IMG/VR virus record: IMGVR_UViG_3300035145_003993
Location: 1 to 64,000 of that record
DNA length: 64,000 nucleotides
Direction: 5' to 3' (one strand)
The notes under the pieces: model-generated
Seen by the model: the letters and a program-made list of their open reading frames with translations, nothing else
Databases searched by the model: none
Told to the model about the DNA's origin: nothing
Program-made: the position numbers and the translations under genes
In this document: positions 38,501 through 47,489 of the stretch, one piece after another
How the letters are laid out: the number at the start of each line of letters is the position of its first letter
Numbering within the stretch: the first letter of the stretch is position 1

Positions 38501-38725
38501 TATAGTTCTATTATCGTTATAAGGATTAAAATCAGTATTATCAAATTTACTTTTATGATTCCATTCATCGTAAAAAAAACTATGTGACAATTGATCATCA
38601 ATGTCTAATTTTTTGTTACTGTAAGTCATTACGCCAGATTTTTGACACAATGAAATAGGACCTTCCTGAAGAAAGACTTTTCCTTCAAATCCTTTAATAT
38701 TAGATTTAGATCTTACTTTTGGCAT
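35588..38725 (-). CDS. large hypothetical protein (baseplate block)
   Basis: 1045-aa ORF, TAATG-coupled. Confidence 0.8.
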   Translation of the reverse strand: MPKVRSKSNIKGFEGKVFLQEGPISLCQKSGVMTYSNKKLDIDDQLSHSFFYDEWNHKSKFDNTDFNPYNDNRTINFLQSSEVLPSFQVEEKYFKSGTLFNNQNKLLSTPNTIPGLGQTIEHVTSVLNPAIHDRMLNENYLETKKSSYDENVDLLKTSSIKGGDKYHTITIDYDLHKSNNSDLYLSFSKKGDTREITFPDNTSYYSFNGNTAYFYNPKYIKNNFGPYDYLGNVSEDYKSSLENFLTKSPICFNGISVYESLLDDTKSKFGSIPIHNFGFPFNSKFKAQERHKIKASDYINKPFVLEKVCLEFTMSNWSVMNTTNQIAQLPCVNFVNFFLLNQKDSLNKETLKSSIKTNYLGNSNNLLNYNIPVDYSNDTVYTTNNKQNNNTYSEGDIQDMSLHGSVLGDSVHESSFIKNNLIQGIDEIENQTQQRDIITTITVTNYSNWGNPDSYKLNYNKLLNISDIVMDWTQRQKQDEDNVSEIIYTNEKIKVEAPIKNFYQNKNLPKMSSFKILPEKTSSDKTNLDTNSCRSIPGELLNNLESKETIQVNNLDVLINENDYKEGNYILLPSDELILGVSLSNGFSTQEDYNIPSNQLRFGEDLVKISSSEEYPFKLHLIGYYLEDDKEKILKNKTVKSYRNSKRVGYSFNEIHDNHGSNLGYLENNFYDYWFKDATRNTSLDGFTLNNSYRQDEYVYSNYNKTRLGNFSEIPNLSVGKYIKDTGIKYYESGNSSPLFTFHDTIMSKINSEIYKEKESEDFRLYKHFYNKYHFGFFFDRMNHNRIHQFDDSDYFNVNKRFMLGFFKQKTPATISGKIKFDFSKLDTFKGNNYLKEYIMTSSNGKSSGTSILNVSIKDNKYNEVNIMFLAKEDLYNNDVRFESVSDYYFDNNGKETLIVHIPNSIVSGFEKSASSNFDYEIVYPSDLQIQKREFVNLFVRGINEINDSTPQIYYSSLSNSGIDKDFKIDIVAEVLNETLSSDIVEVKISLNSKGLSNNETIYKDDINSGVLIENFSIEEGHLINSYNIHKNAYYNNSELLFKDV

Positions 38726-39651
38726 TAATCTATACTTTCGTTAAACAAAAATGAATTTATTCCGCTACAATGTGAATAATCGTAATCTTTACCTCTAGAA
38801 GAGTACAAATTTGATTCTTTGATTGCTTTGTTTATATTTCTATTTTCTAGTATTTTATTATTTATATCATCACTTGTAAAAACATATAAGTTAGACTTAT
38901 TATTTAAAGTCTCGTCATTTTTTTTATGTGATCTGTCTCTAAAAGGAGAAGATTTTTCTTTGTCTCTAACAAAATATCTAACTTCTGATGTTATTATATT
39001 CTTTTTTTTGTATGTTACTGAATGTGTAATTAGATTCCCAATAGGATTAATATTTTGTAATATCCTATCAACAATGATTTTGTCTTTATTATGATATAAA
39101 AAACTAGAGATTATGTCATCTTCGTAGTGACTAGGAACACTATCAGATTTTGTAAATCTATCAGTAATTTTAAGATTCATACCAATAGCACAATTAGAAT
39201 TTCCTAACGAATTACTTTTAAAACCTTTTAAACTGTCAATATAAGATTCGTTCCTTTGAATTTTACTTACATTTGAAAAAACGTCCAACCTATTTGTCAT
39301 AGTAAAGAAATTATCATAATTAAAAGAAAAAGGATAATTTATAATATCTTCAATATTTTCAAAACCTGCCATTTTTCTTGTAGTTAAAAGAACTTTATCA
39401 ATAAACGAAGTTGAAAATCCGTATGGATCATTTATTCCTAATTTTATAGAAAAAGTTTTTGGTTGAACTTTAACAAATTTTCTATCTGTAGAATCAAAAA
39501 AAGGTTTTGTTTTTCTTTGTTCTAAATAAAGTTCTTCATATTTCTCTTCAGTTACATAAATATAATTTGTTTCAACAGCATCGTTTTTATTGAAAACAGA
39601 TCTAATATTAATACTATTATTTCTTCTTTCAAATCTAGAAAAATTAACCAT
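38725..39651 (-). CDS. hypothetical protein (baseplate block)
   Basis: 308-aa ORF with AGGAG RBS. Confidence 0.8.
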   Translation of the reverse strand: MVNFSRFERRNNSINIRSVFNKNDAVETNYIYVTEEKYEELYLEQRKTKPFFDSTDRKFVKVQPKTFSIKLGINDPYGFSTSFIDKVLLTTRKMAGFENIEDIINYPFSFNYDNFFTMTNRLDVFSNVSKIQRNESYIDSLKGFKSNSLGNSNCAIGMNLKITDRFTKSDSVPSHYEDDIISSFLYHNKDKIIVDRILQNINPIGNLITHSVTYKKKNIITSEVRYFVRDKEKSSPFRDRSHKKNDETLNNKSNLYVFTSDDINNKILENRNINKAIKESNLYSSRGKDYDYSHCSGINSFLFNESID

Positions 39652-39663
39652 TTTTTCTCCTAT

Positions 39664-42600
39664 TTATTTTTTCGGAAAAATTGAAGGAATAGAGTCGTTT
39701 GTTAAATCATCTATTCTATATTTTTTTAAATCTTTGTCGTAATGTTGGTACTGAAATTCTCTACCTGCAGAATATGGAAGTCTAGAATCAAAGTTTTTAT
39801 ATTGGTACTTGTTTCTTTCTAATATATGAGATTCATAAACAAAATTAAATCCTAAATAATTTACTCTTGAAGGTACAGCTTCATATAATAAATCTTCTAA
39901 AATATTATCAAAATATTTATAAACTTGATACAACATATTAAAATTTATTTCTTCTCTTTTTTTTATTCTTTTAAAATATTCATCTCTCAATTTAGAAAAT
40001 TCAGTATAATCATCTTCGTATAAATAACTAGAAATAGATAATTTTTCTGTAAAGTAATCATTAACAGAAATTAATTTAGAAATGTCTTGATTTAAAAAAT
40101 GAACAGAAGAAAAATCAATGTACAAACGCTGATCGTCTTGGTACATATACTCAGGATGTAATTGTGAAGATTCACCTAAATTTTGATTTTTATATTGATC
40201 TTTGAATACTTCATCTTCAAAAGAATTAATATAAACTTTATTTGAGTTACTAGGTGAGTCAATCTCATAATTTTGTTTAAATAAAACAAGATCATCAATC
40301 ATAAAAAAATCATTGTTGTTTATATTATTTTCTGTTAATTCTTGTCCTATTCTTAGAAAAAAGTCTAAATAGTCATTCTCATCATTTGAGTTATTTACAT
40401 AATTAAATAATGAAAATTTTGAATCATTTAAAGAAAGTTCAGAAATATTTTCACTTAAATCTATATTATAGTAAAGATTTTTAACTAAAAGATCATTTTC
40501 CTTTTCTCCAATAAAAAAGATATCTTTTGATTTATTTCTTAAGATATTGTTTTCTAAAAATTTATCATAAAATCTTATTTGACTAATTTTTCCTTGAAAA
40601 GAAGTTTCAATTTGATCAAGCGAATTATAGTCATATTCACCACAATTAAATTGGTAATAGTTTGTTATTTGATCATCATCAATATAATTACTAACAGTTT
40701 CTATAGTTATTTTTTTGTTAAATGTATAAGATAATTGACCAACAGGTAAAAGGTTTAACTGATATTGATATACATTTTTGTTTTCAATAAATCTTTTTCT
40801 AAGACAAAGGTAATAAGTTTGTCCATTAAATAAATTAATGTTGTTTAAAGTTTGAATCAATTCAGAATTATCATGATTAATAGATAAAGTTAAATTCCCA
40901 AAGTCTACTTCATTATTTTCTCTTTCGAATTTAATGTTTATATGTGGTTTATCAAATATAGAGTTATCACTAACAGTTTTTCTATCAATTCTAAAAAGTG
41001 ATTGTTCATTATCAAACATACTAGACTTAAGTTTATCGTAATTAAAATAAAACTCAAATGTCCAATTTTTCTCGAAAGAGTTTTCTCCTGTTTCTGAATT
41101 GTAAAAATTCGACTTTGTCAATATCTGTGATGATAAGTTTATTTTATTCGTCGGAAATTTATTATCATTATCAAACACAGTCGGCTTAAAAATTAATTCG
41201 TGTTTGTTAAAATCAATAAACTTAACATTTTGTCTACTTGAATAAAATTGATTATCTATATTTAATCTATTTTGACCTGATATTTCTTTTATTCTTACAT
41301 ATTTATTTGATTCAAGACCAAAAGAATTAAATACTGATTGTATGCTTCTTATTGTTCCTTTTGACATTAAATAATCTTTTGAATTCAACATAAATCTTTT
41401 CCAAAGAATATTTTGTATCTGTCTAATACTAAAAGTAGACATAACTTCATCGTAAGTTAAATTTTTATTTTCTAATTTTTCTTTAATAGGAAAAGAATAT
41501 AGTTCTCTAAATTTAAATCCTAATTGATTTAATGCAAGAGGTAGTATCATTCCATCAATTTTTTTATTTTTATTAATAGTGTCATAATTAAAATTTAAAA
41601 GTTCGGTAAAACTATCAATATACATTTTAATTTGATCAAAAAATCTTGCCCAAATAGATATTAATTTAATGATTTCTTGATTAACAGATCTATCAGTACC
41701 TAAAACTTTATCACTACTTAAAGTTTTACTATTTATATAAGTTTGATCGATATTATCGTAATCTGATCCTTCTAAAAATATATTTTTTGGCATTAATTTC
41801 CAAAATGAGTTAGGATTTACAAGATCATATTCTGTTGCATTATTAAGTAATTGTTGCTTATTATCATGTGAGTGTGAAGAAAATAAAATAGGGTTTATCT
41901 TAATATCTTCATATTTTAAAGGTGTAGAAATATTTTCTAATACATTATTTCTCTCAAAGTTTTGTATATTAGAAAAAGAATCATTACTAAATCTTTTTAT
42001 TTCTCCGTGTAATTTATTTCCTGAATAATCTAAAACAATATGATTATTTGAATATTCTCCAGAAGGTTCATTAAACCTATAATACAAAATTAAGTTTTCT
42101 TTTGAATTTTCATTTTCGTCTTTAAATTTTAAGATATCGCTATAACTTCTTTTTTTACCAATAAAAAATTTAAACTCGTCAATTATTCCTTCGAAATTGC
42201 TAAAATTTAAATTTCCTAAATCAGAGTTTATAGAAGTTAAATTTATGGAAGAAGAATTAGATCCACCAATAACAATGTCAGAAGTTATAAAACTTGGTGT
42301 TATAAAATTATAATCAAATTTAGGATTTCCTGATGTAACAATATTATTTTTAATTTCTTTACTGTTTATATAAAAATTTATTTTTTTATCTAATTCACCA
42401 TCACTATCTGTAATATTCTCTATTTCAAAAAAAATATGGCTAAATTTATTTAATTCGATAGGATACTCTAAACAATAAAAATTATTTTCATTTAAAAAAT
42501 AAAATTTAATTTTAGACGATGTTATTCCATTATTTACTATATGATCTAATGTTATTAGAAATCCCTGATTGCTACTATATTTTTGAAAAAGACACATCTT

Positions 42601-43167
42601 TTTACTCGAATTATTAGAATTCTTAGGATATAACCAAAAATCAAAAGAAAAAGTCAAATTCTTAGGATTGAAATTATTAGTAATATCACTTCCTAAATAA
42701 TCTTTTAGTAAATTACCTTTTTTATCCTTTAATACAACAGCATTTCCATTATCTAAACTTAAATAGTTTATTGATTTACTTACTTTGTTATCTAAGACAT
42801 ATTTCGTAAATCCGTCTAGTTTTTTTAAGTATTGACTTAATTGATTTTTTGTTCCATCATAAGGAAAATCATTGATTGCTTTGCTAAAAGAATAATTTAT
42901 TTTTTCAACAGCTGAATCGAAAAATACATGTTCTGCAAAATTTTCATAGTCAATACTTTCAATTTGTTGTGTACTTATAAATCCATCATAACCATCGATT
43001 CTTTCAAAGAAATCTGTTTCATTTGTTAGATACAAGTCTAAAAACTTTTTAAAGTCTGAATTTTCTAATAAATTTTTTGAAGTAACAAATTTACTATGAG
43101 ATCTTTTTTTATTTGTATTTTGTAAAGTATTGGTAAAATCAGATTTTAATGATATTAAATTAGACAT
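39664..43167 (-). CDS. baseplate wedge-like protein (gp7-type position) with two LamG-like domains
   Basis: FSFDFWLYP..FEGIIDEFKF..LILYYRFNE..DYSGNKLHG; wedge-type LMSKGTIRSI motif; second WTFEFYF..FQGKISQIRFY; ESHILERNKY. Confidence 0.65.
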   Translation of the reverse strand: MSNLISLKSDFTNTLQNTNKKRSHSKFVTSKNLLENSDFKKFLDLYLTNETDFFERIDGYDGFISTQQIESIDYENFAEHVFFDSAVEKINYSFSKAINDFPYDGTKNQLSQYLKKLDGFTKYVLDNKVSKSINYLSLDNGNAVVLKDKKGNLLKDYLGSDITNNFNPKNLTFSFDFWLYPKNSNNSSKKMCLFQKYSSNQGFLITLDHIVNNGITSSKIKFYFLNENNFYCLEYPIELNKFSHIFFEIENITDSDGELDKKINFYINSKEIKNNIVTSGNPKFDYNFITPSFITSDIVIGGSNSSSINLTSINSDLGNLNFSNFEGIIDEFKFFIGKKRSYSDILKFKDENENSKENLILYYRFNEPSGEYSNNHIVLDYSGNKLHGEIKRFSNDSFSNIQNFERNNVLENISTPLKYEDIKINPILFSSHSHDNKQQLLNNATEYDLVNPNSFWKLMPKNIFLEGSDYDNIDQTYINSKTLSSDKVLGTDRSVNQEIIKLISIWARFFDQIKMYIDSFTELLNFNYDTINKNKKIDGMILPLALNQLGFKFRELYSFPIKEKLENKNLTYDEVMSTFSIRQIQNILWKRFMLNSKDYLMSKGTIRSIQSVFNSFGLESNKYVRIKEISGQNRLNIDNQFYSSRQNVKFIDFNKHELIFKPTVFDNDNKFPTNKINLSSQILTKSNFYNSETGENSFEKNWTFEFYFNYDKLKSSMFDNEQSLFRIDRKTVSDNSIFDKPHINIKFERENNEVDFGNLTLSINHDNSELIQTLNNINLFNGQTYYLCLRKRFIENKNVYQYQLNLLPVGQLSYTFNKKITIETVSNYIDDDQITNYYQFNCGEYDYNSLDQIETSFQGKISQIRFYDKFLENNILRNKSKDIFFIGEKENDLLVKNLYYNIDLSENISELSLNDSKFSLFNYVNNSNDENDYLDFFLRIGQELTENNINNNDFFMIDDLVLFKQNYEIDSPSNSNKVYINSFEDEVFKDQYKNQNLGESSQLHPEYMYQDDQRLYIDFSSVHFLNQDISKLISVNDYFTEKLSISSYLYEDDYTEFSKLRDEYFKRIKKREEINFNMLYQVYKYFDNILEDLLYEAVPSRVNYLGFNFVYESHILERNKYQYKNFDSRLPYSAGREFQYQHYDKDLKKYRIDDLTNDSIPSIFPKK

Positions 43168-45098
43168 TATACAAACCTTAGAATTGTATTATCATTTGAT
43201 ATTTTTTTCTTTAATCCTGTAAAAGGATCAGTATAACTAAAAGTAAAATTGACTCTTTTGTTTTTAAAATTTTCTGATGAGAATAAATTCATTATATAAT
43301 GTTTTCCATTAAATTTTAATTGTGTATATTGTAATTCATCCTTTATTAAAGAGACGCCAGAGTCTACGTCATGCATTTCATATGTAATTACACCTAAATC
43401 CTCGGAATATAATTGTATAGGTGTATTGACTGATTTATATTGTTTATTGATATCGATAAAACTAATCTTTAAATTAATTGTTGAATTATTAGCTTTAATT
43501 TCTTTTTGTAATAAGTCTATTGAGACTCTAATATTTCTATTGTTAAAAGAAATTTGATCTTGATCTGTTTCAGGTAAATAAAACTTTACTTTGTCTTTTT
43601 TTATAGAAGAAGTTACTGTACTATCTGCTATTGATTCATAATAATATTCTAATTCAACAGTAACGTACCCTAATCTATCCAATTCAGCAGAAAAAATAGA
43701 ATCTGAATTTATTTGTTCAATAACAGTATCAGGTACTACAAACTTTTTAATTCCTTCTAATTTTGATCCTTTATAATTAAATATATCAGTTCCACTTAGA
43801 TGACTAACTTCAGAATTTCCAACAGTAAAAGTATTATAAATATTGCTGCTTCCATCACCTATATAACTAAATTTTAATTTAACATGGTTTCCAGATGTAA
43901 ACGGTTTAGTTTTATTTCCTTTTACATTTAATAAATAAAATTCTTCTTCATTGTCAAAATATCTTTTTTTATCTAAAACAATATTTTCTATTTCATTATC
44001 ATCAATTTTTAAAATTAATTGTGGGATAAATTGTTTATTTTTTAAATTTCTACTACCAAATCTTTTAACAAAATAAGTTTTATCATCAAATAAAAATTCT
44101 AAAGGAAAGTGAATAACAAAATTTTCTTTATTAAAATTTGCTGTTCCTTTAAAAAATTCGTGAAAATAATTTGTTATATCAAATTCTAAATCTTCTTTTC
44201 CAGTTTCAAATTGAAAATCGTTAAAAGAAAATTCTGAACTGGTGAATAAATCATTTTTAGAAACAATACCTTCTATTGACCAATTTTTATTATTTTTACT
44301 ATCTAAAACACTAAAATTAGAATCACCAACATCAGAAAAATGAATAACGTCTTTTCCTAAGCCTTCATTAAAATCATTAGATAAAACATCTAAAGATAAA
44401 GAAAAATCTTTAGCTCTTGTAGAAGATTGTCCTACATCAATTAATTTTATACTTGCAGAAAATTTTGGGCTATCAATATCTTTAAAGACAGAATTAGCTA
44501 TTAAACTTGAATCAGGTAAGTGTTCTTTTTTTAAAGATGTCAAATCAAACTTTATTAATCCTGCGGAATGTTCAAATCTTGTAAAATTAGTTATAGAAAT
44601 ACTATTCTGACCTTCAGGAATAATAGGAGATGTATCACCAGAAACTCCAGGTTTGTTCTGTTTTAACAAGATTTTATCGTCATATAATTTATACGCTGTT
44701 ATGTCAAATGTTAATCCATTGTTAAAACTGTTAACATTATTTAATGCACTAAAAAATCTGTCCCTTTTCTGCTCAAGAGTATTTGCTCCACTTAAACCTA
44801 TTTTAACTTTTTTATTTTCACCATCAATTTCAACAGAGCCATCAACAGTTAATTCTAATGTTCTTATTACAAATGTAACACTGTTTCCTAAAGAATCTTT
44901 TAAAGTAAAAGTATTTCCATTAACAATGTTATTGTTTATAGTAAGTAAAGATCTAGAAAAAGTTTTACTATTCTCAGACGCAATTTTAAAAAAATCAATT
45001 GTTGAACTTTGACCAACATTCGAAAACATCCCATTATTACTTAACGTTTGTATATCTGTAACGTATGTGTCTTTTATTGGATTTTGTATAATAATCAT
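43167..45098 (-). CDS. baseplate-associated structural protein
   Basis: Follows the gp6-like gene; KDTY..LIKFDL..FNEGLG..FDITNY..FIPQL resembles DNRLRE-type beta-sandwich domains. Confidence 0.55.
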   Translation of the reverse strand: MIIIQNPIKDTYVTDIQTLSNNGMFSNVGQSSTIDFFKIASENSKTFSRSLLTINNNIVNGNTFTLKDSLGNSVTFVIRTLELTVDGSVEIDGENKKVKIGLSGANTLEQKRDRFFSALNNVNSFNNGLTFDITAYKLYDDKILLKQNKPGVSGDTSPIIPEGQNSISITNFTRFEHSAGLIKFDLTSLKKEHLPDSSLIANSVFKDIDSPKFSASIKLIDVGQSSTRAKDFSLSLDVLSNDFNEGLGKDVIHFSDVGDSNFSVLDSKNNKNWSIEGIVSKNDLFTSSEFSFNDFQFETGKEDLEFDITNYFHEFFKGTANFNKENFVIHFPLEFLFDDKTYFVKRFGSRNLKNKQFIPQLILKIDDNEIENIVLDKKRYFDNEEEFYLLNVKGNKTKPFTSGNHVKLKFSYIGDGSSNIYNTFTVGNSEVSHLSGTDIFNYKGSKLEGIKKFVVPDTVIEQINSDSIFSAELDRLGYVTVELEYYYESIADSTVTSSIKKDKVKFYLPETDQDQISFNNRNIRVSIDLLQKEIKANNSTINLKISFIDINKQYKSVNTPIQLYSEDLGVITYEMHDVDSGVSLIKDELQYTQLKFNGKHYIMNLFSSENFKNKRVNFTFSYTDPFTGLKKKISNDNTILRFV

Positions 45099-45100
45099 TT

Positions 45101-46945
45101 TTAACCACTTACAACTTCTATATCACTTGGATATTTTAATTGAAATATTCCACCTTTAGGAGGAATCATAATACCATTATCATATCTATCAAAAACTGAA
45201 AATGAATTGTCATTATAAAATTTATTAGAATCTAATAAATTAATTCTATCAATAGTATCATTATTAATAGGTCTAATAATAGTTTTAAAATTTGATGAAA
45301 TTGTTAATACTCCAGGGGTGTCCAAAGCTATTTTAACAATTTTATTTACATTAATAGGTTCTCCAATTTGTAGTTTTTCGAATCTCATTAAAGTAAAAAT
45401 TTTACTTTGAACTTCTGTTATTACATCTTGTTGATCGTAATTGTTCGAAACTTTGATTTTTAAATAAATTGCAAAATTATATATTTCTGCATTAATAATA
45501 TTAAATGAATCTCCAATTAATCTATACTCGTTTAAATATTTTGAAATGTTGTATTTTAAAGCATCATTTGCATTTTCATAATGATTTTGGTTATTTTTAC
45601 AAATAATATATAGATCTTTAGCAGCTTTTGAATAAGGGTTGTCTAAAATCGAAGCTTTACTAATTCTACCAAAATCTGAAGGCATGCTATATAATCTTGC
45701 TAATAAATCTTCATGATTAACTATTCTAGATTGCATTTTCATTGAAGGTTTAATTTGATCTTTTAATTCTTCTAAAGACAAAGCGTTAGATCCGCCTACT
45801 GCATTTTCTTCATTTAATACAGATATACTATTTATAACTGTTATAGAATCAGCATCTTCTGAAGCTAGTCTTGGAAATGAATAAATAACGTTATCTATTG
45901 TATTAATACTTCTAGATTGAACATTATGATCATTTCCGCCACCAAATTTATATTTGACATTTAATATTTTACCAGCAGGAGAAACACCTAGACTTTTACT
46001 TCCAATAAGTTTTTTAGGATCTAAAGAAAAATTTGATATATAATCTCTTGATAATAAAGGCATCGATAACTCTTCAGGATTTGTTAGTATTCCATCTTCA
46101 TTAATGCTATTTTTATTATTTCCAAACCTAATCGTAGTTAAACCGTTTTCAAAGTCTCTTTCTAACGCATATCTAAAAGCTGCTGGTGATATTGATATAT
46201 AAGAAGTATTATCTAACATAACTTTTTCATATACAGTATCTTGTGATAAAAATTCAACTTCTTTATATTCATTTAAATCAGATGACCCATCTGATACTTT
46301 TATTATTTTTGTTATATTTTCATTACTAAAAGTATAAGACAAAAAATCTTCAGTTACATTGTCATCAAATGCAAAAGATTCATTTACAATTTCTCCTGAT
46401 GTACAGACTCCAGACTTTTTTATTAAATAAAAACTATCTTCTCCTGAAACGATTTCTCTTATTATTTCGTACTCAAATGAAAAATCAATATTTTCTTCTA
46501 ATATAAAAGTAATACCATCATCTGATTTTAATTGAGTTTCTCTCTTAATAATAGGAAGATAATCTCTGTTAGGTTTTGTATTATCATTTGTATCTTTTAA
46601 AACTAATAAATAAAAATCAACTAAAACGCTTGAAGGTGATGCAAATCCAACATTTACGTTAGCTTTTCTTAAGTGATTAGAAATACTAAATTCTGTAGAA
46701 GCATTTTCATAATCTAATTCATTTATTTGCTGATCTATGTAAAAAGTTAATGATTCTCCTACGATCGCAGCAAAATCTAACAACATTCCACCGAGAGAAG
46801 CTTCAGAAAAATCAGAAATCTTGTCAGGAAAATTACTTCTAGCATAATCCAAGAGTTCACTTTTAAACTCTTCCTTATTTTTATTAATAAGTCTTTTTCT
46901 GTTGAAGTAATTTTTTTCTTTATTTAAAATACTTACGTTTGACAA
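45101..46945 (-). CDS. gp6: baseplate wedge subunit, T4 gp6-like
   Basis: FKSELLDYA..FPD..SDFSEASLGGMLLD..AIVGESLTFYID; IRFG; AVGGS; QSRIVNHED; adjacent to the gp25-like gene. Confidence 0.88.
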   Translation of the reverse strand: MSNVSILNKEKNYFNRKRLINKNKEEFKSELLDYARSNFPDKISDFSEASLGGMLLDFAAIVGESLTFYIDQQINELDYENASTEFSISNHLRKANVNVGFASPSSVLVDFYLLVLKDTNDNTKPNRDYLPIIKRETQLKSDDGITFILEENIDFSFEYEIIREIVSGEDSFYLIKKSGVCTSGEIVNESFAFDDNVTEDFLSYTFSNENITKIIKVSDGSSDLNEYKEVEFLSQDTVYEKVMLDNTSYISISPAAFRYALERDFENGLTTIRFGNNKNSINEDGILTNPEELSMPLLSRDYISNFSLDPKKLIGSKSLGVSPAGKILNVKYKFGGGNDHNVQSRSINTIDNVIYSFPRLASEDADSITVINSISVLNEENAVGGSNALSLEELKDQIKPSMKMQSRIVNHEDLLARLYSMPSDFGRISKASILDNPYSKAAKDLYIICKNNQNHYENANDALKYNISKYLNEYRLIGDSFNIINAEIYNFAIYLKIKVSNNYDQQDVITEVQSKIFTLMRFEKLQIGEPINVNKIVKIALDTPGVLTISSNFKTIIRPINNDTIDRINLLDSNKFYNDNSFSVFDRYDNGIMIPPKGGIFQLKYPSDIEVVSG

Positions 46946-46949
46946 TTTT

Positions 46950-47438
46950 TTACCTCGATGTTAATAATTTAATAATTAACGTATTATTTTCTAAGTCTTG
47001 TGTAACAGTATAATCTATACTTATTTCAAAATAAGATGGATTTTCAAATGTCTCAGGTATTTTTTTTGATGTGAAATTTGATAACGAAACAAAAGGCATA
47101 AACCTAGAAACAGAAGTTTGTATCTCATTCATAGCAATACCTTCAATGTCTTCAAGAGTTGTGTTATTATAAATATCAATAATATTAGTTCCAAATTCAG
47201 GCAAACAAAGATATTCACCTTTTCTAGTCAAAATTAGATTTTTTAAATTATTCTTTATTTGATCTTGGACTGTATACGTCATCTCAAATAAAGTTTCGTT
47301 ACTATTTTTTTTAGGAGACAAAGGTAATTTAAACCCAATAGGACTTTTATTGGATTTTACGATTTTATTTTTATAATTTTCTTTTTTAATAAAATCTTTT
47401 TTTAATTTTCCTGTATTTTTAAACTTTATTTTTGACAT
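46950..47438 (-). CDS. gp25: baseplate wedge/sheath initiator, T4 gp25 (GPW/gp25)-like
   Basis: QIKNNLKNLILTRKGE..PEFGT..SVSRFMPFV. Confidence 0.9.
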   Translation of the reverse strand: MSKIKFKNTGKLKKDFIKKENYKNKIVKSNKSPIGFKLPLSPKKNSNETLFEMTYTVQDQIKNNLKNLILTRKGEYLCLPEFGTNIIDIYNNTTLEDIEGIAMNEIQTSVSRFMPFVSLSNFTSKKIPETFENPSYFEISIDYTVTQDLENNTLIIKLLTSR

Positions 47439-47460
47439 TTAAAAAACCTACTAAAACTAT

Positions 47461-47474
47461 TAATTATAATTATA
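47461..47474 (-). promoter_or_regulatory. putative late promoter, two overlapping TATAATTA
   Basis: Copies at 47461-47468 and 47467-47474, upstream of the gp25-gp6 unit. Confidence 0.4.
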
Positions 47475-47489
47475 TAGATTTATTATATG

